Below are positions 1 to 13,060 of a stretch of 64,000 nt of DNA, one piece after another. The position numbers and the translations under genes are program-made. This DNA comes from Azolla caroliniana. Lineage: Eukaryota > Plantae > Polypodiophyta. Numbering within the stretch: position 1 is the stretch's first letter; each line of letters begins with the position of its first letter. The notes below the pieces were generated by a model. That model did no database searches. It saw only the letters and a program-made list of their open reading frames with translations, and had not been told where the DNA came from. The stretch is taken from assembly GCA_043228905.1 (NCBI GenBank), contig JBHGNT010000016.1, positions 4,960,001 to 5,024,000 on the forward strand. Reading direction: 5' to 3'.

Positions 1-72
1 GGATTGAAGAGGTTCTGCTGTTGCTGCGCGATCGCTCAGAGCCTGCCTTACGCATGATCCAGGAGCGGCCAT
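1..72 (-). CDS. CDC20: CDC20 paralog, start of exon 1; gene continues off the left edge of the window
   Basis: 1-72 is the reverse complement of 24247-24318 (ATG at 72-70; [24 protein letters not shown]); upstream 73-650 also matches the CDC20 5' UTR/promoter. Confidence 0.8.
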   Translation of the reverse strand, partial: MAAPGSCVRQALSDRAATAEPLQS

Positions 73-1969
73 AATTCCTATTCGTAGATCGATGCAAAAA
101 CAAAACAAACAGACAGAAGAACAAAAAGACAATACGAAATATACTGCTACAGCTGCGGCTGCGGCTGCTCCTCCACAAAAGGGAGGAGGGGGGTTAGTAT
201 AGCACACAGACAAAAATTAAGAAAATTAAGCTTCACGTTTAATGTAAATGAACAAAGAGAGATTTATCGATGAACAACGCAACGATGACAACAGAATGAT
301 AAAATCAGATCGCAGAAAATCCTTCAGGGCGTAGAATGCCAAGTAAAGATTTGGAGTGCAATCAGAGAGAGCGATGAGAGTGCGAGTTGTAAATAAAATC
401 GAGAGAAAGAGAGAGCTTTCAGATGAGAGCCAGAGAGCAGGGGAGGAGATGCTACGGCTATGGCTGTAATTGCTTTTTTATATGGTGTGGTAGTAGACAG
501 AGAGAAGAAGGAGTCTGCAACGGTCACTAGAAGAAAAGCTCTTCCCAATTGTATTTGTGTTTGTGTGTGTGGAAGCTGTCCGTTCATCCAATCTGTCCGC
601 CTACGTGTGAAAGCGTTCATTTGAGAGAACGGGTAACTATTCATAGTTAGTGGGTCATTGGTGACCAATACAATACAATATGTACATAAACACACATCCT
701 TGCTCTTCTTTTACACGACATTCCAAAGTGTTTTTCTCTTGTCTCACTATACCTATTTTTAGCCAGAGAGAAAGGGAGAATCTCTCGCTCACACAACGTG
801 CAATTGTTTCGTGGTGCACGGTAACTAGAAATGCGGTCCATATCAACTCTTGTGTCCCCCCCACTTGTCCCCCTTGTCCCTCTTTGGGAACTGCCATCCT
901 CCAATGGGCACCAAAATTCTAATAGAACAGTCGATGAGACCAAGCACGTAACACAAGGTGTTGATCCGCCTCTTCAATGAAGATATGCAGTGTGAGGATC
1001 CTCATTTAGGTTAGACACGTGTTTAGGAGTCAATTTGCTATGATAAGATCCACTAATTCAACTTTACACATGATTAGTCAAAAGAGAAAGTAGTTGATAA
1101 AACCTTTGGGGATCCCCATCTTTTTTTTATAGTCGGGAAGAAAAGTAAGGAACTACGTGTTTTCATGAACAAAAAGAATTGAATGTTTTGTCCTACCTCG
1201 ATAATGACACGTCCATTTCCTCCAGATATCATAGTTTCCATCCTTGATATTGTAGAAGGGCATGAAATATATGCCTTCTTAACCATCTCTAATTGGTAGA
1301 AGCTTATTGCGATGGCTCCAAACTATCACCTTCACGGTTCAATGAACTATGTAAATCGAAAGTTTTATGATCTTCATAATGTTTTTGTTGAATAAATCAC
1401 TTCCAAGTTTCCTAACGGCAACCAAATATGTATCCATTTTTCGTGTTTCCACAATTGCGCGACCATCAAATTTAATTAGCTAATATATATGCATCATTCC
1501 TTACCTAAAGACTCAACCTTAGCTTTGTTAATCTTGTTGCTCCTTGTCATATTTATGTGACCCATATGTATAGTGCACATCGTTATGTGTTGGAGTAATG
1601 GCAAGAAAATGTCAATGGTCCCAGTGGAACTTGGTTAATGCCTTAGTTTTGGGTCACAACTTCCAAGCTTGTGCACACACACACACAATCTAGGTGGCTC
1701 CCTCGCATGGGATGCCCTCTTGTGATATCCCATATCTCTTTGACAAACCAAAGAGGGTCATATATTGTTGTATCCTACCAGTGTCACTTCTATTATTGTT
1801 AGGATCTATCATAGATCAAAATATTCTTCCACAATGGGAGTTTATGGTGCTACCATTATACCACAAATTCTACATGTTTTTTGTGCACAATGTCATCATG
1901 TCAAGATAGAGTAAGCACACCATTATCTAGCTTGTGCACTAAAAGAGGAGGAAATGATGTAAGCTCGAG

Positions 1970-4900
1970 GAGCATTATGAATCTAAGTATTTTGAAATAA
2001 ATTTGATGTGAATCGAACACAACTTTACAGTGTACACCCAAACGTGCTATTGTTGGCCCATGTGCGAAAAATATCTAACATGCAACTTCTCGTCAAAATA
2101 ATTGCACTATTTTCCTAGAATGCAAAGAGATGTTTTTGCACAAAAAGAGTAAGAAACATCATACCATTTTCTTAGCATGCAAGGATATGTTTTTGCACTA
2201 AAAGAGCAAGTAAAAAAAGAGGTAGACTCTTCACCAATCCTAAGAGCTTTATATTGTGGTATACATGTGTTCCTTTGTGCCACCTTTTAGTACATCCTTT
2301 CTAGGATGCATGTACCTAAACCGACCCACCCTTTTAGCACACCCTTTTTTGCTAAGCCAACACAAATGGGTACCTTTGTATCAACTATAAATTGAGTAAG
2401 AACAAAGAAGCTAATTAGGGTAGTTTTGATATCTTATGTGCATTTCACATATTGGTGAAGATGCGGGGTACCAATCGCCCACGTCCAAGCATCCACCTCT
2501 TCCCCCTAACCTTAGGTTGCCCACTAACTTCTTGTCCCACGAGTTTCCCCAATCCCTCTCCGACACAATAGCACTATTGTCCCTCACCTCAGCCAAGTCC
2601 ATGTGGGCCTCAACCCACAGGAGCAATTGATCTCTATCTGCCTATAGCCCTTCTATCCCCCACCTTAGCCAAGTTCAGGTGGCCCTTAGTCCATAGGAGG
2701 GATTGATCTTTCTTTGCCAACTGATCTTTCCCCGATCCTAAGTGCATTATGGATCTTAGTATTTGGAAATGAACCCAATTCAATAGAAAAACACAACCTT
2801 GTGATCTGAAATAAAATGCCCTAGTGTGTGCTATGAATCGTAGCCCCATGTGATTACACTTTCATGTGAAAGTGATCATACAATTGTATTATCACTAGGC
2901 AGATATTGAAGGGTACATGATGTCAATTGTAACATCATAACGAATCTAACTAACTATTTTAAAATGAAGCTTACATTATCAATTAAAATGAAGGGCACAA
3001 TATCAATTATAACATAATCAGGCTATAATTTTTTGGTATTAGACCTGATGTGAATTGAAGACACGACCTTTTGATTTGGAATCAAACATGTTACCATTAC
3101 ACCACAAATCCTACTTATTAATCTCAATTTATCAAACCTATGGATGTTGATTCCCCAAAAAATATTGTTTCAAAATACCACCATAGAACTATTTGTCTCA
3201 CCAACATCCAAAAGTTTGGATTGGTCCTACCAATCGAGCAGGTGTGCAAAGACATGTGACCATTGGGTGCTCTAACAAGGCTAAGAAGGGAAGTGTGTAG
3301 CTCTTACTTCACCCTCGAAAGGCAAAGACAAGAGAAGAGTGCGTTGACAAGTAACTACTTCACATTGTATAGTAAATGATGCACGGTCTCAAAGGAAGAT
3401 CATAACTCGAAGGTTCATCCTTCTTAGCCATTGACAAACAATTGGTTGGGCAATATTCAACAGAATTCCCACAAAAGATGCAAACTCCAAAATCAATGTT
3501 TTAACTTTTCAATTGCTTCTTTTTCATGCTCTTCACCAACATCCCAAGCTTGTAACTTCCGTCGTATTATCCATAGTTGTTCATCAAGAAGGCCTAGAGT
3601 TAGTGTTAAGAATTAGGTAATTAACTACGGGTTAATTAGTACCTAATTATGTGATTAAGTTAAGCGGAAGATTAAGTGATACGTGTGTATGTGTGTGAGA
3701 GGAAGAGAGAGAGGAAGTTAACACTTACGAACAACGAGACAATACGGGGGATGATTAACTATATTAGAAAGCATCATCAAATACAAAAATACCCACAATG
3801 AGGTATACATATATATACATCTCATGTGCAAAGGTGCACATGTGCGAGTAGAATATAGGTACAACCGTGTAAGTTCTATATTAAAGGAACATGGGAGTGG
3901 ATGATCTACAATGTATCCCACTCAAGTACAAAATCCTACTTAAACCTTTAAGGTCAACACACTAACTAGATTCTATCTAGGTAACTACTAAGTTACGTGT
4001 GTTGACTAACTAACTAAACTAAGTTGAGCTTGATATCTCAACAGTTAGTTTTCCTATAAGATTCAAGATACAATTTCAAACAACACCTTTTCCTCATGAA
4101 ATGCAAGAAGCGGAAGAAGAAGAAGCAAATATAAATTGGAGAGGTTTCTATTTATACTCTTATCAATGTCATTCTCATTACAGATAGATAAATGCTCCCT
4201 GAAACTGAACCTCTCTATTTGGCTCATCATTAACGTATGATTACTTGTTAGTTGTGATTGGTGTGGTGCTTAGCTGAAAACTATGAAAGCATTTTGTGGC
4301 ACCTTAAATTTGGATTTGACACACATTATCAATTCCTAAGAGCATTATGAATTGAGCACACACCCTTTTGATCGACAATTACACCCTATATTACATTAGA
4401 AATCCTACATGTTTGCATAACTTATTGATAAAAAAAATTGATTGATAGGATATACTAAATCATTATTTGTGAATAAATTTGTTGGGTGGGAGGGTGTCCC
4501 CCACCTTCGTGACAATGTAACTCGGATGTACCATAACAAGATGACTTTTTTTTTTACATAGAACGGGATTGAAGACAATTCATAAAAGGCGTCCCCATAA
4601 ATTTCAAAATACAAGCCATTGGAAACAAATAAATTGTAAAGACCATTTTGGGTAATATACTAGCGAGTAAAATAAATGTATTGTAATGAGCATCACCATG
4701 ATTGTTAGGTAACCAACTATGAAAAGGAAAGAGTGGTGGTTCTACGGATTATTCTATTTTGTAATGTGTCCAAAACAATTCCTTAATCAGTAAAAGAGAT
4801 ATTTCCAACGACAATAGCAATATATATGGATATTGTCTATTTCTATTTTTTTTCATTTAGGATTGCTTATCTGATACCCATCCTCCTTTTATTCCTCTCC

Positions 4901-6020
4901 TTGGGCTAGTTTTTCTCTTTATGAAACGAAAAAAGCCATAGTTTTTTTCTTCTTTTTTGCCTCCACCATGTAGAAACTACTAGAATTGTATACATCTAGC
5001 AATGCTCATACGATTCTAGAGGTTTGAGGGACCAGGGTGCATGACACGTAAACTTATAATGATCAACCGATTTCATATGGAAAGACTTCTTTTTTTGGGT
5101 TGATAAGAGGATGATGAAATTGCTAAACAATTGACCAACATCATGATGTACCTTGGATAATCAACTAATTGACATCATATCAAATTTGAATCTAAGTATT
5201 TTGATATTAACCCGATGGGCAATGAACACACAATCTTTTGATCTAGAGTGAGATGTGCTACCTTGCAAGGAGAAGTTTTTGCACATAAAGAGTTGCACAT
5301 GTATCAATCTAAGAGCATTATGAATCTAAGTACTTTGTAATGAACTCGACGTGAATTGAACATGCAACCATTTGTTCCAAAGTCAAATGCACCCTTTTGA
5401 TGCAGAGTCAAATGCACTACCATTAAGACATGTTTTTTTATTTTATAACCTTCTTATGGTCTCAGGCCAAAGAGTTTAGGATTTAGGATGTAAGGAGATG
5501 CTTGTGCACTAAGAGAGGGGCAAAAAGTATCAACTCTAAAACTGCTATGATTCTAAATATTTTGAATAACTCGACATGAATCGAACACATAACATTTTTA
5601 TTTGGATTTAGATGCAACCTTTTGAATCTAAGTACTATTGCACCACATATCATATTTATTTTTATGCACCATATTATGCTCTCTTATTGATCTTATGTAC
5701 CATGTGAGGAGATGCTTGTGTGCTAAAATATTGATTCCAAGAGCATTATGAATCTATGTATTCAAATGAGCATGATGTGATACAAAACACAACCTTCTAA
5801 CACACAATTGATAATGACATCGACTTGAGCACTTAGTTTTTTTCTCCCCTCATGAACATTCTCATAAATGTTTACAGACGGTTTTCGTATCATACAATAA
5901 AGTGGTAACACTTTTGCACTTTAAGAGTGGTGCATGCTATGGCTTCAAGTAGGGACATGAATAAAAGTGTTTTGAAGTGAGGCACAAAAGCTTTTGGTTT
6001 GGAGTCAACCACGAATCCCA
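1970..6020 (-). pseudogene. Scattered, heavily decayed tRNA-Trp-derived repeats (older family with a different spacer)
   Basis: 3040-3111 reads ggatttgtggtgtaatggtaacatgtttgattccaaatcaaaaggtcgtgtcttcaattcacatcaggtc on the minus strand, a C>T/G>A-decayed tRNA-Trp(CCA). Similar relics near 2000, 2770, 4350, 5210, 5340, 5570, 5770 and 5980; several are preceded on + by aagagcattatgaatctaagtattttg. Confidence 0.7.
3604..4043. mobile_element. Solo LTR (family B, ~430 bp)
   Basis: TGTT...AACA termini, 5-bp TSD GTTAG on both sides; homologous to 40688-41107, 53117-53537 and 63532-63952. Confidence 0.85.
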
Positions 6021-6257
6021 TAACTTTTTGAATTCTGTTAAATTGTAAGATATGAAAACGTCATGGTTCAATGACCTGATACACCTTTTTCAATGTGTAG
6101 TTGTTAAAATGGTGTCAAATGTTGATGCATGGCGAGAATGGCTCATAATGTCTAGTTAAAATGTCAACATATTTATAATCCAAATAATTTTGTAAGGTCA
6201 TTGTACCCTAGTTGTTTCAAAATCTATTCATTAGGCCACAAATACCAAGCAATGTGT

Positions 6258-7480
6258 TTTTTTTATACAAAAAGATACACCCTAGTATTATAAAATCATA
6301 AAAAACACAAAAGTTGTGTTGGACAAACGAATATACCAACCGATTCCCTTGTACTCACATCATGGCCGATTTAATGTGTATATACAATAACCACACATAT
6401 TTGTATGCCATATCTCCAAGATTATTATGGTCTACTCCTCCTAAACTACAAATGAGCATGCAATTATAACTAATGGAAGGAGTTGTTTTTTGGGAAAAAA
6501 GAGAGCATGCAATGTAGCCTATACCACCAACATCTGTAGCAATAGAATCTATAAACATAGTAGACATTGTTTCCCAAAATGATAGGAACAATATACATCC
6601 ATACTATGTGATCTCCATCTTCCCTATAAATGAGCATTGAATCCCATAACCTTTTAAAATGCATTTGCTTCCTAAAAATAGCATCAACATTGCTTGTAAA
6701 ACTTTTGTATTGACCACGTAATGTATGAATAAGCAACAACTATAATTCGGCAATTATACCAAAAGCATCGTGAGTGAATTTGTGAAAAACTTATGTACAT
6801 CACATCACGCCTTCCAAATCACTCACATTAGAATAGATGAAATTGTTTTCCAAATAATATCGTCCCTAATTTGCAACCTATCAAACAAAAAAGGTAGAAC
6901 CATTTGTACATGAGGCAGAACTATGTGAAAGGCTTCCATTATATCCTCCCTTTCATACAACAACGATCGTCCCTCTAGAATGCCCCAACTAACAGCACCC
7001 CAAGTGATCTCACAATTAGCATGTATCAATACTAAGGGCCTTAAAACTCTCTTCCATACTTGCGTGATTTTAGGACAAGACCACAACACATACTTAATTG
7101 ATTCTGTCATATAGCCACAACCAAATCCACATGACTTACAATGTATTTGCCGTAACCAAGCCCAAACCGATAATGCATAATGCATGAATAACTAGCGAAA
7201 CAGTATGATCTTCTTGGGAATCTGCATACTCCATAACCACTTCCAATATTTCAATGCATCCATTAAAGAGGCCCTATTTGCCAACCACACTTTCGTAGCA
7301 GATGGCAGACACAATTTCTTACTTAAGAGCAACTTCCGTCCCAACTTCATAAAATATTGAAAAAACTGAATACATTTAGTTTGAGACAAAGAATGTAGAT
7401 GTTTCCAAAGATAATATGATGGATCCCAATGTAGGTCCAACAATGGTACCAAGCAATTTGTTATATGACATATGTGCATC
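6258..7480 (-). mobile_element. 5'-truncated L1-type LINE, 3' end (zf-RVT region plus A-rich tail)
   Basis: Broken minus-strand frames encode KYWKWLWSMQIPKKIILFR...HCKSCG...ESIKYVLWSCP...VW, typical of the zf-RVT domain; T-run at ~6258 is the poly(A) tail on the minus strand. Confidence 0.75.
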
Positions 7481-7659
7481 TCAGAGTATTTGTGAGGTCA
7501 TTGGACCTTATGTTCTTAGCATTTCACGTTAGGTCTACACCTAGTGTGCCTATGACACTGAACTATGTTGAAAAGAACATGTTGCAAATTATTTAATATT
7601 TGATGAGGCAAGCAATACATATTCTTGAGAATGACTCTCTTATGAGTAACAATCAACAA

Positions 7660-8058
7660 TGGTTCGGCTTGAACCGAACCGAACCACAAAAACCGTGGCT
7701 TAATGGTTTAAATGATTCGACTCGATTTGGTTCAAGCCTTTATCGGTTTAATGGTTTTCTTATTAAACGGTTTAAAAAATTAAAATTAAAAATTTTCAAA
7801 CTGAAATGTGAAATGTTGAATTATGATCTAACTTGAGAACCAAAAACGAACCGCGAAACCACGGTTTTAACGGTTTAATGGTTTGAAAGCCTCTAAAACC
7901 GTTTGGTTTGAGCTTGAACTTTTTGTAACGGTTCAGTTTAAATGGTTTCGTGGTTTGTTTTAGTTCGGTTTAAATTTCAAATTTTTTTTTTTAACAGTTC
8001 GGTTTGAAACGGTTTGAGTTTGAGACTGTCGAACCGAACCGAACCTGGACAAGGGTAG
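7660..8058. mobile_element. Non-autonomous DNA transposon-like element with AACCG/CGGTT repeats
   Basis: Dense gaaccgaaccgaacc and ggttcggttt motifs in both orientations, typical of plant hAT/MITE subterminal repeats; TIR and TSD not resolved. Confidence 0.45.
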
Positions 8059-8195
8059 TCGCTGAAATGATCTAAAACAGCAGGGGTAGTTCTATAAATA
8101 CAATTTCTCTAAAATCAGAGGCTTGCCCAACACATCCTTCTCTCTAATCCTTCTCGATATGTCATCGTGTCTTGCTCTGTGACGCGGAGATAGGC

Positions 8196-11100
8196 ATGGC
8201 TATGTCTCTCCTGCACTCTCACCCTCACTCTTACCGTCCTTTCTGTCGATCTCATCTTCTCTCGGCTACCTCTGTCTTTTCATCAATTTCCAAGACTAGC
8301 CTGAAGAGGATCTGGACCAACTGTCGCTTCACCACTCCACGGAGAAGCTTATTGGGCGCTCTTCTTTTCACAATGGCTGGAAGTTCTCCTCCTGTCTCTG
8401 CAAGGTCTAATATCTCTGAGGCAGAACAGGTGAACTATTATTTTGATTTTTATAATTGTTTCTCTGTTTTCACCTCAGGTGATCTTTAATTCAATCAAAG
8501 ATTTATTGTCGATGATTTTTTAAAAAATCAGGAAAATAAAAGGTAGTAATTTTTTATAGCTGGTCAAATATTTGAACTCGTTTGCTATCAAGGCTAGAAA
8601 ATCAGACATAATTATGTATGATTTCTGATAATTTTCTACCGAATCCTATAATTTTCTAAGCATATGGATAACTATGCTATAAGGGGCCAAATGCTGTCTG
8701 TATTTATAACCATTACAAGGGTCTAGTTACATGTTGGCAGACCACTCTGTGCTCTAACAGTATCAAATTGGGGATGTGTATGAGACACCACCTCATGTCT
8801 GCAGCAAACACCATAGACTTTTCAATTGCACAACTTTTCAACCAGGTTACAGTGGAAGCCTCCCTAATGTGGGCTAGACACAACAATGCGGCTAATCACT
8901 TATCCGACAACTCTCTAGAAAGAATTACAGGACTATCATTATTTGCCTTAGCATGGCTAAATTATATGGACTTAGCTTATGTGCAGAGAGAGAGAGCGGA
9001 TTGAGAGTCTAGGCCGGGCCATGATTTTAGAGTTCAGTCTGCTTTACCTAAGGGCATCGATACATATCACCGTCATACCAAAAAGGAAGAGACGACTGCA
9101 TCTCAAAGGCTATTTTCAGAAAGTCTCCTTTCCACCCATAGTCAAAAGCAGAGGCAGGTTTGGTCACCCTGTTGCAGGTGCAGGTTATTAGTGGAAAGTG
9201 ACGACCAAGGATCGGCAGAATCCTTCGTGGATAGATCAAGAATGTCAGATCAAGATACTCCTATAGTGTCTACGAGAGGACAACCAAATGGCAGCAGAGC
9301 CTCAAGCTCTCATTTGAGCTGCCTTCATTGCACATTCACCCATGTATTTCATTCACACATGCTCTACACACATTTCTTGGATGTGCATATTAGACAGGGA
9401 AGGTTGTATGGATGACTTCTTGTGTGCTACTTGCTTTAGGAAGGCTGCACCTTTTTCCTCACATGTTTTTTTAATGGGTGTGCTGCGATCTTCAATCTTT
9501 TTTATTTAATCTCTTTCAAAATTTCTCTATAATCCCATAAGTTATTGGGGATTGTTAAGCCATGCATCCAGACTTTGATTGGTTGGATAGTACTGACAGG
9601 AGATATTTATTATAGGAAAACAATGGGGTTACAATCGAATATTGACTATAAAATTCTTGAATGGGTTGTTTCAGATTTTGAAGAATGTTGATTGGCCAGA
9701 GCAGTTCCCTTTCAAGAAAGAGGATTTTCAACGTTTTGATGAGTATGCAGCATATTTGTTGCTTTTTTTTCCTTATGTGATAATATATTTTCATTTCAAG
9801 GGGATGCCTGTGTTTGTGAAATAATGACAATTTTGGTAATTGCTATTTCATTATCCGGAATGAACAAATTTGACAGTATGAAATGAATTGATCATGGAAA
9901 CTGTCAAATGTGAATAATTAGATCAATAACCACATGGTAACTTGTGTAGCCTCCTAGATATCTACAAGTCAAATATATAATGGATGGGTTTAGGGTTTTA
10001 TCTGTTTGCATATTTCCCTTAAAGATATCCATAATAGGATGACCAAAAATGGAGGTAGTGAACTGAGGGAGGACCTAATGATCGACATGATTATTGTATT
10101 TAAAGTTTATATAGGATTATATTTATTTGCATCATAAAGCAAATCCACAAAGCAATGGCTTCTCCTATAGTGCTAGCCTCTAGAGGTAAAATCTATGAGG
10201 AGCATGAATCAAATATGACATTGGTGCATAAACCTCAAGATCATGCGCATGCTTTTTTCTTCAGACGTCTCAGGCATACAAATTCTTGGTGGTTTTGCCT
10301 TTTCTTGCAGATCACCAGATACAATTTTCTATAGCTCCCCACGATTTGTTACTCACATTGATGATCCTGCGATCCGAGCTCTGACAAAGTACTATGAATC
10401 TGTTTTTCCACCTAGTAACAGTCCTGGTGTGGCATTGCTTGACATGTGCAGCAGTTGGGTATGCTTTTCAAAATGAACATATGAAAACATAAACCGAGTA
10501 CATGAAAGATGTAACATGTATTAGGATTATGAATGAGTTATTAGTTAAATTGATTTGCTTTAGTGGTAGTGTCTCACAAGGTCAAGCTAATTAATAATTA
10601 TGTGTTCTAAACAATTTCAGATCAGTCATTACCCTAAAGGGTACAAACAGGAAAGAATCGCTGGGATGGGTCTTAATGAAGAGGAGCTGAAACAAAATCC
10701 GGTAAACTACATTAACAATCCAATGGATAAGATTTATTAAACAATCCAGTGGATAATATTATGTACTCAAGTCTTAGTTATTTTGGCCTTTGCAGGTTTT
10801 GACGGATTATGTGGTTCAAGATCTCAACTTAAACACTATTCTGCCATATGAAGATAATTCCTTTGATGTCATTACTAATGCTGTGAGCTCACTTTCCAAT
10901 GATCTCCTGTTAACAAGATGTATCACCATTGGTTAGAAGTCCAAAGCAACAATACATGTGATTGCATCAACTATATGTTTGAACATCTTCTCAGTTCTGT
11001 ACACATTTTTAATGCAAATTCACATTCATTAGAGGCAAAGCTCGTGCATATTTACTTGCCATAAAGGTGACACATGGTGTTGGACTATACATAGAAAAGT

Positions 11101-11708
11101 CTCTCTCTCTCTAGATAAATAGATTGAGAGAGAGAGAGATATCCAACATAACAGCATATTGTCAAAATAGAGATTGATGTGATCTTAACCTGTAGGTGAG
11201 TGTCGATTACCTTGCAAAGCCTTTGGATGTTTTCAAAGAGATGAGGAGAGTGCTCAAGCCAGGTGGACTCGCTATTATGAGGTTAGTAACTATGGGATGT
11301 GCAATTTCTTCCAACATGACAAATTCATTTTTTTTATGTTACAGCTTTGTGGTATGTTAATTGGCAGTTTTTCAAATCGTTGTTTCTGGACCAAAGCAAT
11401 TTCAATATGGACAGGAACTGGAGACGTGGATCATGTGTATATTGTTGGTTCATACTTCCACTATACCGGAGGCTTTGAGCCACCTCAGGCAAGTCTTTGG
11501 TCATTTCAACTATTCTGTTTACAATTAGATGATTTAAGTAACCATTGCGCTTCCGTAATAATCATAAAGCAAGTGATGCTATAAATTATAGTAAATGTGA
11601 CAGTCCTTTTTTGATATATTATTGTATGTGTAGGCACTTGATATATCTCCGAATCCGGGGAGGACAGATCCAATGTATGTTGTTTTCTCAAGAAAGCTTC
11701 AAAGCTAA
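8196..11708 (+). CDS. Class I SAM-dependent methyltransferase (type 11-like), probable plastid transit peptide; exons 8196-8429, 9675-9742, 10311-10458, 10621-10701, 10796-10882, 11196-11281, 11368-11488, 11634-11708
   Basis: Spliced exons give ...WPEQFPFKKEDFQRFDESPDTIFYSSPRFVTHIDD...LLDMCSSWISHYP...GMGLNEEEL...DNSFDVITNAVSVDYL...EMRRVLKPGGLAIMSFSNRCFWTKAI...DISPNPGRTDPMYVVFSRK*. Intron phases are consistent; N-terminus is Ser/Arg-rich. Confidence 0.9.
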
Positions 11709-13060
11709 TTACCTTAAAATGGAATATGCCTCTCAAAAATGTAGATTACAACAACATAATGGTGTATCAAAATTAACGAAATGGATAGAACACCCACTTC
11801 GAAACACATCTAATGACAAGATGAAGTTGGTTTCAACACTGCAATAAAATTAAATTCTTTTGTGGCACCCATAGCACAAGATGAAGCTTCTCTAATATGA
11901 AATTTGGTCCATTCCATTACAATTCATAAAATAACATATCATGCTCCTAGAAGAGACTTTCAATATGTATCCTACCCTCCAAATGTATGTATATCATGTA
12001 AAGGGAACGGATCAAATGTTAATGTACAGCATGTGGAAATTTTCTTTACTAAACTATTCAGAAATTCTAAAAACTTGTAGGATTTTTCCTAAGCTTATCA
12101 ACGGAACTGTTAGCACCAACACTATCAAATGAGAAAATTTCATTTAAACTTGAATGAGTATTCAATCCAAGAAAAACAAATTCAATCGAAGATAGTTTGA
12201 ATTGGATCATGGATTGGCAAATTTCAAAAGTTGTGAATTGTCCATTGATGAATCTCTGGACATGATTTGTGATCAGATTATTGTGCTACAAGATCATCTT
12301 AACAATTGTACATTGGATCATTGTAATGACTAGATTACTGCTTGTTTGGAAGTAGTTGTGGGCTGTGGCATGATTGAGCTTAGGAGGAAAGAGCTTTATT
12401 TGCATGTGCTGTGTAGAAGAATAGAGAGTGCAAGGGTAAACTTTGGTTTATGGTTATCACTACTGATTATACAAGGACTGGTATGAATAGTCATAGTTGC
12501 AAAGGGATGGGAGTGCTTGCTTGTGATTTTCCTTGAAGATATCTTGGACTGGCAAAATTCAAGCGATGGCTTTAGTGGCATAATATCTGTGATGTCGTCC
12601 CTGAATGTGTTACTTTTCAAACTCCCTCTTGCAGCCCTCTGTTATGATAATTGTTGGCCTTTCACACCCATTTAACTGCCTTTGCATGATCTGGATATGT
12701 GCATCCAACACAATTTTTTGACCATGATGATATGTTTCGATCACAATTGTTGCCTTGAATCTGGTGAAAAACTAGCCAGAAATCACAAGGCAAATTGTTT
12801 TGATCGTAGTTTAGGACATTTAATACCATAACCTAGAAGAATCAGAACCAGAAATAATGATCATCGATGTAATGATGTCTTCTAATTGGACATAGATATT
12901 TGTATGGGGAGATCACACTCTTGCCTTGGTGTACAATCCCTTTAAATGGTTCCCTTTGTACAAACAGGGTTTTAGATGCCCTTCAGTGTGCTATGTTTAT
13001 AAAATTTACAAGTAACCCCGTCGGAAGGCAATGCTAAAACGCTAGATAAACCCACATGCT

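Noticed and set aside
1074-2849. Short ORFs and an ~84-bp two-copy repeat, possibly TE debris
   Set aside because: No recognisable domain or termini to support a call.
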